DNA of 64,000 bases, from assembly GCA_002633005.1 (NCBI GenBank), contig NMRA01000080.1:711291-775290 (forward strand), given 5' to 3'. Positions 25,701-37,700 of the stretch are shown piece by piece. A program made the translations under genes and the position numbers. Under the pieces are notes generated by a model that saw nothing but the letters and a program-made list of their open reading frames with translations, made no database searches and was not told the origin of the DNA. How positions within the stretch are numbered: the first letter of the stretch is position 1; the number at the start of each line of letters is the position of its first letter. This stretch comes from Phoronis australis (lineage: Eukaryota; Animalia; Phoronida).

Positions 25701-28700
25701 CTTTCATTTTCAGTTTCTCGTAACTAAGGAAGTCAAGGAAAAATGACAAGACAAAACTCCACGTTCACGCCAAGCACAAAGGTTAGTGGTTATCGAGGTC
25801 AAAACAGTCGTGTGTGATACCAGTGAGTAATAACAAACCATTGAATTGTCTGCTTTAGACAGAAGCTGTCCAATAGGTGGCAAGCAACCAAAAAAGGGCA
25901 GATCAACATCGTCACTTACATCCTCGTCGTTTACAGGGTGAGAGTTTCGTGTAAAATTGAACCAATCGGAGTTCATCAAGTCAGCCTGATAGCAAGAAGA
26001 CTGGTAAATAAGTCGACAGAATACAAGAGCTTTGTAAAGGATATTCCACAGTAAGGTATTACAGAAATTGAATTGAAGCTATTTCACTATTTGCCAAAGG
26101 CAGAATGCTTGATTTCGTGTTCACACATTTTAATGTCTACGTAAAAAGTAGGTTAATAGCAATACACTAGCAAGTAAATGAAATTTTCTTGTGGAAAGTG
26201 CGTCGTAAAAGCAGATTCAAAGTCTTGGCACTATGAAGCAACTACAACAAAATTCTTCAATTTCGAACAAAAAATGCTAAAATTGCAGTTTTCCAGTCCC
26301 ACTGTAGCCAACACCAATGTGTAACAGGTAACAGTCTGATATAATGTGCCCGAATTTTGAGAACCAGTTTTCCCCATTAAATAACGGGCATCAAACTGGT
26401 TCTCAAAATGTGGGCACGTTATATCAGACTATTGCCTATGTAACATTCTGGTATGTGTGCTCTATAAACCATGCTTACAGTTAATAAAATTTTCATAAAG
26501 TTAATTTTTAACAGAAATCAACATTTCAATTTGATGGCATACTGTGTCTGAAACTGAAGAACTTTGTGTACAAACTTAAAAGAAGAATCAGAAATTGCAG
26601 TTTTAAGTATTATACAAGCTCAATAGAGGGCAGTAGCCTACTACTCAACACAATAGTTCAAAGGTGTCTACAATAACTAACCTTCTGGAGATCCTGGGGA
26701 TTTGACGACAAGTTTAGCCACATGAGTTTGATGCGTATCTGGCCCTCATCTGCCTCCTCAAGGCGGAGCCACTGAAATAAATCGCGAGTCAATTTTCAAA
26801 TTTTCGTGTATGCTTTTGACTGTAATCATCTAACAGACAGCGAGTTACCCGGGGCCCTATTTCATGAAAATTGACCGAAGATTTAGGTCAGAAATTTGGC
26901 CTACCTAATGCGCCACATAACTATTTCAGAAAAATAATCAAATCTCACACAAGCAAAAATGAAAAATGTATACCCGGTACATGTCGTAGTGAGTTAGTAA
27001 GATAATTTCTTTAAATTATTTCCATACTGCGATGCTCTCGTAATAACTTGGCTAAAACCAAATTTCTGACTTAGAAAGTCTTACGACATGTCGGTGAGAC
27101 AGGCCGGCAAGCTGTCACGTAAAATGCCCAGATATACAGTCTCCACAAATTAAAAATGTAAAACATGACCACAAAACACTACGTGCTATGAAAATAACTC
27201 GTCATGCAGCGAAATTATTAAAATAAACTGTTAAAAGTGTATTTCATTACATCATCAAAGAACTATGTCTGACCTGAGATTTTAGTAATATGCACAATCC
27301 CATCACAACTGTTTAGACACCCAAGCTAGCTTCCAGTAGTTCACATACGGAAATGATTTAAGTGAATTCAGTATTGATGGAAGAAAAGCGAGGTCTCACC
27401 TTGTCCATGTTTTTTTTGTTTACTATGCTTGCCACATCAATACTGACGCTGGAAATAAAATCGAGTAATCACTCACACACTCGACGTAGTAATACAAACA
27501 TCATATTATAACATTTTGAGTGCATGGCAAATGTTCAAATTTGAAAAATTGTGCATACGCTTTATTCGTCAAAACAATTCCACAAACTTAATGCAGGTGT
27601 TACCGTACATGTGAATAATGGAATTATAAACCAAACAGCACACAAGGAGGCAGCAGTCTATCCTTAGATTATAAGATATAAACAGGAATCTAAAACTTTA
27701 CTAGAGTTTGAACATGAGATATGTGACAGCCCTGACACTGGATCTAAATCACATAAGTTGCAAATCAATTCATTTACTATTCTACTTTACAGTTTTAATA
27801 TAAATTTAAGGACAAAACATGAACAAAATCAATCAATTCACACGTGCTTGGCTTACTTCATATGCCAGAAGCTCACAGCTAAATGCAAGCTACAGAAATA
27901 TTACTGTCTTTACCCAGGTTCTCACGTCTATGTTTGTCAACACGAGTGTCTCCACCTATTGCCCCTAATTCAAAAAGTCAACACTTGTGGATCCACCTAT
28001 TGCTTCTGATAGTAAAAATCAACATTGATATCTCCATCCCACTGCCTGATTGTGAAAGTCAACACTGGTGTCTCCACCAATACATCTGCTTCCTACCTGC
28101 CCAAGTCGTCATCTTTGGATGCATTGTCATCATCATACACCTCGATGTCTACATTTTGTCCAGTTTTCTGATCTACAACAGCCTACAACAGACAGACACT
28201 TGTAGAGGGCTAATATTATTATTCTCAAACTGCACATATACAATGAATCCATCCATGGATTTCTGATAGTAAACCACAGGCCTATGTACATATTAGACAG
28301 TTGACATTTCCTGTACCCCAGATCTCTGCTGTGTGCACTTTTGAGAAGAGAGATCTATAAGTTAATGGTGAAATGCGGACAACACAACAGTATTTTTGGA
28401 TGGTTCCAAAACCTTTGAAAAGTGTTCTGATAACTTTGCAATGGTTTTACGAACTGTGTGGATTAAAAATTAATTTTCATAAAACAAAATTTATGTGGAT
28501 AGGATTAATGAGAGAATCTGATAGACAGTTTTGTAAAGAAAATAGTTTACACTGGATAATTGAATTCAAGGCCTAAGGAGTTCAATTTAATAAATATGAT
28601 TTTCATGAAGTCTCATCAATTAATCTTAAATCAAAAAATTCACAAATTAAAAGATTTGCTCAGAAGCTGGGAGTTGTAGGGCCTTGACACCACTAGGGAA

Positions 28701-31700
28701 AATTACAATAATTAGCTCTTCCAAAAATTACTCTCATTGCCAAATCCAGATGACAAATAACTAGAACACTTCCTCAATTTCACTTGGAATAATAGAAAAC
28801 CTAGAGTTAGTAAAACGAAACTTATACGTGGTATTGAACAAGGTTTAGATAAGGTAGATATTAAATCCTATGTACACAGCTCGAAATTGTCGAGGATTTA
28901 ACATCTCCTGAAAACTGATAATTCTTGGAATGTCTTTCTTGTCACATACAAATGGAAAGAGGGATTAAATTTTGGAAGCAATTTCAACATTGTTACTGAT
29001 AATAGATTTTGGCTTGATGTTTCCTTGGCATGGAAGAATTTTGTAACATGTTTTGTTCCAGACATAGTTTATAGTATAGTGAATGAGCCCCTTAGCTCAA
29101 TACAAACATAAAACTTTACTTTATTCAATAGTGGTATAAGAAAGGTTTAAGAAGGGTGAAAGATTTACTAAATGTTGATGGAACAATTCTGAGTTTACAA
29201 TCATTGTACAGAAAATTTGAGTAACAAGTTTGGATCATTAAACGCTTGTGAAATCAGTCCCTCAAATATGGTTTTGTACCCTTTACCAGTTTGAATTTGT
29301 CAAACAAAAATTCTTGACAATTTCGACTGCACTGTTGCATATCGTCAGTGCTCAAACGGGGTGCTCAAACTTTACGAAGACATTTGTCAGAAATCTGAAA
29401 GTCCCAAATGGGCATGTGGACAGTGCCCTGCAGAAGTGGGTTATTAGAGATTTAAACCTTACTTCCATTGATGATTTTGAGTGGTCCAAAATTTATCAAT
29501 TACCGTATGTTTTAATGTTAGATGTTAAGGTATTTCCAATATTGTACGTTGTATTACACCTACAATGACTTAAATGTATATTTTGCTCTGAACACAGGGG
29601 GACTATAGTACAGTTATTTGTGGAATGCAGATATGTACAGAGAGTTGTGGAGGAAAATATGCAATGATTTCCTTAGGACTGATATTTTGTTTGGAAATAC
29701 TGAACGTAACAACACTATAATCTTGTAGTTTTAATAACATTATGAAATGAGCTTGTACAATTTTTGAATATTCAATGTGAAGCAAAAGACTTAAGTCTCA
29801 GGCCACTTTTCAGGAAAGACTTTACCACTGCCCCACTATTGGATTGTCCTCAAATATCTGTCTCCATGATCTTTTTAATCCACAGATCAAAAGTTAATTA
29901 ACAAATAATGACGTAAAAAGTGGAATTTCATTTTGTCAATTTTCTCAATAAAATCAAACTTATCATTAGAAGAGTGGTTTGTACAAGGGATCCGTCATAA
30001 ATGACATCTGATAACTTATGTAGCAAGCAAAACGATTTTATCACTTTCTTTGCGCAATAACAAGATGATTTTGAGTGTAATTTTCACAGATGCCACCAAC
30101 TAAATTGGTTTATTTGGTAGATAACGCTCATTGTCACTCCACGCACCAGGCATGCTGGTCACAAACGCTGTGCTGGACAATCTACATATGCATGAGAGTA
30201 CATGCACTTTATTAAAGTGATTAGGAAACATTTATGGAGGATGTTGCAAACACAGTCACATGGTTTAAATAATTAAAACAAACTGTTAACAACCTCTCCA
30301 GGAGGGATTGTTCAACATTTGAGAACAATTGGCAGACACTTCTTCAGTAATCCAAGAAATCTGACTAGAATCTCATACACTTCAGCTGCAGCTAGTATTT
30401 GTTCACACCACTGAGTAACACTGGAACAGGGTAGTTAGAGTCTTGTCCAAAACACAAGTTCACTATTACCGAAGCCAGGGACCGAGACTTGAGAGCTCAA
30501 CGCACAAATCACTGCCACTGACTGGTACTTTAGAGACTCTCTCGTGTTCAACAGCACCTGTACACAGGGAGGTGAAGCCCCCTAGTGGAGGATACATTAT
30601 TCCACTTGACTCTCCTTATTTGTGCAATATTCCCAAACAAATGTTTTCTTAAAGAGACTTCTTACCTCGTAAAACTCATTCCAAAATGGATTTACATCCC
30701 CGTTGATAGTTTTAGTGCGAAATGTATTGCTTCCAACTGTAATGAGATTCAAGACAATAAAATTATGGAACAAAAAATTACTTTTGTTGTCGCCAGGAAT
30801 TCGCAGAAGGACCAAATTTATTGCTACTGGACAAATAACAAATAAGCCCAAATTTTTATTGATAGATGCGACACTAATAAACGAAATCCAGACCATTGCT
30901 GTTTCCATGACAACTCTAAAAATAACATCAACACCCCATCAATCAAATTAGAACTGTGTGTAAGGAGCAGATACCCCTTCAGGGGCACCGATGGCGCATT
31001 ACGTGACCTAGGAATTAGAACTCCTAACAGATTTTTGTCCCAACTGGGACTCTAACTCAGGACACACCAGAACATGCCACAATCATTCATATTACAAGAT
31101 AGAAGCGCTCCTGATCTGTATAATAAAGAACACAAGCACTGCTTTATTCTCACCGAAAATGAGAGCGTACGGGTCAGATGAGTTCTTCTTAAACACGTTC
31201 ACATCAGCCGCCTTCAAATCAGCAGCTTGAACTAAGTTGATGCGGAGGACGCCCTAAATTAGAATCAAGAGTTAGCACCACCACGGTCTACGAGTCATAC
31301 TCTTGACGACATTACTGTAGCACCAATGGAGAAATGATGAGAATTTGAGAACAGTTAGAGCGGATTTCTTTTTGAGTGATGCTCGTTATTAAGTTGGCTG
31401 TTTTTAGCAACTCGTTCTCACTGGCATAACCAGGGTGCCAAAACCAAATAGTATTCGATAATTCTGTTAAAAATATCCATACCAATTTGAATTTCAAAAT
31501 ACTACGGATGTGATTTCTAAATTTTCAGTTAAAATATGTCCATATATGACACACAATACCGAACGGTAGGCACAGGGCACTTTGAATCTTTCTCTCTCCC
31601 CTACACTCTCGGTCTATCCCCACCCCCCTTCTCTAACACCCTCCCACCCAACCTTAGGCATGGGATACCCTTTCCTCCTCCCCTCACCACCAAGCTCACA

Positions 31701-34700
31701 CCCGTCTTTCTCTGCCTACCACTCTCCCCTCTCCCTCCCTCCATCCATCCCCACCCCCTTCTCTCACACCCTCCCAACCAACCTTAGGCATGGGATACTT
31801 GAGATCAGCGTAGCTGACATCACCACTAAGCTGTACAGGCAGTCTATTGGGCAGTACCATCAGTGAAGCCACTTGGTCACGGATGATGGCGTGAAGACTA
31901 TCGCTGAGACCTGGGATGTCTAGTGCATTGGCCAGGTCAGTCAGGTTGAAGTCTATGGTCTGCAAAAAGACGGGCATCTCTAATGGCGTGACACAAAACT
32001 TTATTGCACATGCATTGTTTAAAAACAAAATGATTTCAATCCCTCATTACTTAGATTTAAGTATGGCTATACTGAGTAAACTCTTCAATTTCACACAAAA
32101 TTTTTCTAAAGCAGATAACCAATTTGTTAAAATGCTCAAAATTTATTTTTTTCTCAAGATTAATTTTTTAAAAAAATTTGACAAAAATTGAATTCCTTGT
32201 ATCCCATACTGTGTGCTAAATAGAAGAGAGTTTACTTTTCTGATATTAGCAAACTTTCTCTACAATGGGTCAAAGATGAATGACAGACATTAGAATGAAA
32301 AAAAGAATAATAACCACAAAACAGGTAATCCCTGTTTGTTGTACATGTCGGTAGAAAAGTAATAAACAGACCCCGATTCAGTGTTGTCCATGGAAAACAT
32401 ACTGATTCAGTCACTAAGTCTTTGATTAAAAGATCTAAAACTCCAATTCATTTGATGTTTCCAGCATGAAATTCGATTATGAAAATTTTTTCAAGGAAAA
32501 GGTTTATCAGATAAATATTCAAAAGCATATCTTCTTTCCACATCATGGCCAATCATAACGGCTTAACATGTCAATTGTGAGTTTCAACAACCAATAGCAT
32601 CTGACCAGTCAGATATCTGACCAATCACACGTACCGGCTTGGAGAGGAAGAACACCTGCAGCCCACCCACCAGGGGTATCTTAGACATGAGGGGACTCAT
32701 GATGACTCGCAGGGTCCCATGGACTTGAACGTCTTTGATCCCTGCCTTGCCTCTACCAATGGACACACGGATGTCTGCATCACCGGCATAACTGAAAGGT
32801 GGAGAAGACTGCATTCTGATCATGCAACAACATAAAGTCGTAGAGCTCAACATCCTTACAGAACTGAAAATTTTTCTTGAAGTCATAAAAAATTTATTTG
32901 TTCTTTGAAAGCTCAGAAATCTCTTCTACTTTGAGTAAAGTCTAAGGTTATGTAAGACTAATACATTATGAAAGACCCTAGAAAAATTCCAAAACTGGCT
33001 AACTTTGGAACGTCATATAAAGCTCTACCATGATCACAAAGCAAAGTTGAGAATGTGTGAAGATATTGTAAATGTTGTAATAGCGCTTCTACATTTTGTT
33101 TGCAAGGACACGATCCTCAACTTACAATAGTTCCATGTCGAGGACAATCTCATCACGACGGACGTGGTCGACGTATACTTTGACCCCGCCAATTCTGGGT
33201 GCCTGGAAAGTATTAAAACTTTACTTTCAAATGTTGCAGGATAGAAACAGATTCGTTCGATGGAGGTTTGTTTGCAACTGAAACCGCTTCAAAGTTTTCC
33301 ACACATCGGGTATGAGCACAGTGATTTACACGCTCTGCATAGCGTTGGTAGCGAGCGGTAAACGAAGAAATCTTTTAAAAGTCAGAGTGCAGTGTCTGTT
33401 GTCAATACAACTGACCTCATACACAAGCGCTATCTGTGGGCAAGCTCCAAAAACCCATCACGACAATGACTTAGATATCTCTGGCCTTGATCTTCTTGTC
33501 AATTTTAATTGTTTCAGCTCATGTTGGCTCTCATATTTTGAGTGATCGGTTATTTGTGATCATTCCTTTTGACACACACGCACGCACGCAAACACACACA
33601 CAACTATTTCCAGTCAAACTAATCATAAGAATAAATAAGCTGATTCTGTAGTCTGCAGTCTAGGAATAATTTAGCTGTAAACCACCTACTGTAAGCATTT
33701 TTTTGCCATCATAGTTAATATAACAAGGGAGCTCTGTTCATATTTTAACAGACAATTTGATAAAGTAATGTAATTCTTCCATTAATTTGTACAGAACTGT
33801 CTCTGCAGACATGCTCTGCGTTATTTAACTGGGATATTCAAAAGCCAAAAAGCTTGCAGATTAGTGTTTCCAACAGCATAACACGAAAGAACTATTAGAA
33901 AGTTTTTCACATAAAAGGAGTGAGAATCATTAGTCTGAATGAACTAATAGGAAATTAAACGGCAGGATTCATACCAAAGATCTTTTTCACTGGACATCTA
34001 TGAAGAATGACGTAATATATTGAAAGTGCAACGGCTTGAAAACCACCAAGAAAATGCATGCAGTGCTTTTGAGGATTATTGGGGAAAAACAAAATAATTA
34101 TGTGAATATTTTTCTTTTTTAAATGAAACCATTATACAAAACCTGATATAAATAAAGCACATTTAGAACGACAATTTTGTGAATTTTGCTGGTGAATTTC
34201 ACACAAAAATAATTCATCTAAACCGTAATTATGCATTTTCAAAGGCTAATAACCATGCATGTCAATCCAATATGAATGTTACAAGTAAGATTTTTAAAAA
34301 ATTCCATTTTTCAGGAAGAATTCGTAAGATGATTGCCCAACTAAGGAAAATGCATGATACGGCAATCTTTATAGGAAAATGTATATCCAGCATTTTTAAA
34401 CTTTCAAACCAATTGTAAAATTCTTTCTTCACATATGTTAGGAATTCGAGAAACGTGATATCTGCAAGACTTAATGGGTAATACTTAAGAGTTGGCAAAA
34501 AAGCTAATTACATCGTTAAAATGTTCGAAATTTTACCAAAGTTTAGATATTAATATGGTGATTTTTTAGTACACATGAAGTCACCAACTTATTTCATTAC
34601 AAAATTTGACAATAACAAATTCCATATGCCCACCACACAACATTGGATATCAAATTGAAGAGTATGTACCACACATTACACATTCAGTGCCAATCACTCG

Positions 34701-37700
34701 ACAGACACAAACATCATAACAGACCATGAATTAACAAAGATGGAGGCTGTGAGAGGGCATTTTTACTGAGTAATTTAACACCAAACATTGAACACTGTAC
34801 ATTGTATTGTGAATAGCTCTTCTGACACTCATCAGTTATCATCAGCCAGCAAACAACAGTTCAATGCTGCCCAGAATCAGACAACATAAAATGAGAAGCC
34901 TTGGTCACTAATTAAACTTGGTTTGCAAAGATCCATGAATGAAAGAAACAGCAGACAACACTTAAAGTCACATGACCAGAATTCACTTACAATGTCACCA
35001 AGGTCGACTCTCTCAAATTTGAAGGATTTCAAAGAGGAGGGAAGTGATGCTTTGAGTTTGCCTTCGATCGATGTTTTCAACAATTCCTCCACGTAGTCGC
35101 CAATGAAGGGCCACATTTGACTTATGACCTGCAAGAAATGGTTCACAAGGCTATGACATTTCAGACATAGCACCTCATGTCACTGAAAATGGGGACATAC
35201 CTACTGTTTAAGGTTCAAGAATAAACATAACATGTTACATTTTCTCTTTGATGTCAAGCAGGTTTGAGAATAAACATAACATGTTACACTTTCTCTTTGA
35301 CTTAAAGAAGATTTGAGAATAAACATAACATGTTGCATGTTCTCTTTGACGTCCACTAGGAGCATGAACAAACATAACATGCTTCCATTATCAACTAGAA
35401 TATATTAAAATAGCAACTTCATAATGATAATTAACATGGAAAGAGATAGTTCGGTGTGAAAAAATAAGACAAATTTGTTGAAAAAAACCTATTTCACAAC
35501 ACATCATGTTTCTAACATATGGCAAGAAATTCCAGACTCCCATGCAATAATCACATGCCATGTGACAGAAAATACAATCAATACTTCTCCTCAATATATT
35601 ACATCTTGAGCCACAGCTCAACTAAAACTACACAACAAAAATGTACAATGCGTATGAAAAAGAACACGCTAAGTCACTTGCACTATCAGCCTTTAATCAA
35701 CTGCCAGTGTCCTAAATTAATGTATTTACATAGCTGCTTACCTTGTTGACCCATTCAGTTCGCTCTACATCCGGGAAGACCACCTGAAATAGAGCAACAA
35801 AATTGGTTATGAATACATAAACTAGAACTTTATGCAGTGCTCGAATGTTGGAAAGTCATTAGTTGTCAACAACTTTGAACGGCCATGACAGTATTTACCT
35901 GGATGACTTTTAATTTCACAGCTCTAGTAAATATATGCACTGTGCCATAATTTTGAACTACACTGTGATGTTTACTAAAGGGCATTTATATTAGGGTTCT
36001 CAAAAATCTGGATTACATAAACGCAAAATTTTTTAGACGTCAGAAGTGGGCGTGTACCCAAGTAATTCATTGGGTTAACACCCAGGAGCTCCAGTGATTC
36101 AATTACGAAACATTGACGGGTTGTTGAAAATGTACTGTAGTTAGATACTAGACACCTTGATAGGAGTGATAGCATACTGAAGTTCAGAAGTGTAAAAAAA
36201 GCTTTTGGATGCAGTGTATCATTAAATTTTCCCAAGCAAGCATTATGCACATACTGAGGTGGCAATGCGATGTTCACGTGCCTGTTTTCATCATTTTTGT
36301 ACTTGAGTACAATAACACCATTAGCATGAGCATAAACCTAATGAACCAATGTGTCTCCTTCAGTAAAGAGCTGGAGAGTACGGGTATGATGTCGCTCAAA
36401 TAGAACAAGCGAATTGCACAATTTGGGAACTAAAATTCTGACAAGACGGGCATTCTCAATGACATGGGCACCTTTAAGAAGGTCTTGCTCATATAAATTG
36501 AGGGATGGTGGTACACCGAGCAGGGCATCCAGCCTGGTGAGTACTGTACAGCACAGCAAAAGACATTGACACCAATTATAAATAAATGCGCTCTAATTTG
36601 GATTACCCAACACAACATACAACTGGACAGTAAACTCAAATTCACTCACTAACACAGGCGATGAAAATGAACAGCAATAATTTTTAGAAACAGGAAAACC
36701 CTCCAGTGCTTTTTAACCCTTTTTTAAATAAATGTGCAAAATGTCCATCCACTTCCCACAAAGAAGCTGCATATACCTTTTAGATTTGAAATGTTCGAAT
36801 GTCTCAGTGCAATGCACAAGGACAGTTTCTAAAAGACTACAGTACAAAACAAAAGCAAGCAGACAAAGTATCGTTTGGTAAAAGTGAGAAAAGTTACCAT
36901 TTTCCAGTCATGACGGCTGATTACACCTCGTCAACCATTACGACGAATCATTCTAATTCTGATGGTGAGTTCTGCTAGCACTCAGCCGTCATGACGGTGA
37001 ATTTTGCTTGCGTTCAGCCGTTACGATTGAGGAATTCTGCTTCATTTTGTCTCATTATTTTTGGTAAGCGCTGTGCATTACGTTATACCGGAAAATTTAA
37101 TTGAAATTGTCTGAAAAACATTCCCATCACAGCAAACCAAAAGCAAGCATTATACTGCCCATCTCTGTTTGCCATTAAAAGGAAAATTTTGGTAAAATTC
37201 AAATGTTCCTTGAAACTTGATGCTCATATGATCACAGCCACACTTCTCTGGTGTTAAAAACACTGATCAATGATTCTAAAAAGCAGCATTTTTGTTGAAA
37301 TAAATAACAAAAAAATAAAATCCAAAAAATCCAAAATGAATGATCAAGTCTGATATAGAAATGTTTGCTGGTTAGAAAGTGATTTGAAATTGATTAATTT
37401 CATATGTCATGTGAATCTTTAGCTCAGTTATCGNNNNNNNNNNNNNNNNNNNNNNNNNNNNNNNNNNNNNNNNNNNNNNNNNNNNNNNNNNNNNNNNNNN
37501 NNNNNNNNNNNNNNNNNNNNNNNNNNNNNNNNNNNNNNNNNNNNNNNNNNNNNNNNNNNNNNNNNNNNNNNNNNNNNNNNNNNNNNNNNNNNNNNNNNNN
37601 NNNNNNNNNNNNNNNNNNNNNNNNNNNNNNNNNNNNNNNNNNNNNNNNNNNNNNNNNNNNNNNNNNNNNNNNNNNNNNNNNNNNNNNNNNNNNNNNNNNN

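Noticed and set aside
30430-30560. GC-richer exon-like stretch after ESYT exon 8 (minus, acag|GTGCTG...)
   Set aside because: The translation has no C2 similarity and reaches a stop; exon 8 joins cleanly to 28182 to complete C2A
31536-31866. Proline/serine-rich plus-strand ORFs
   Set aside because: Translation of the C-rich low-complexity tract antisense to ESYT
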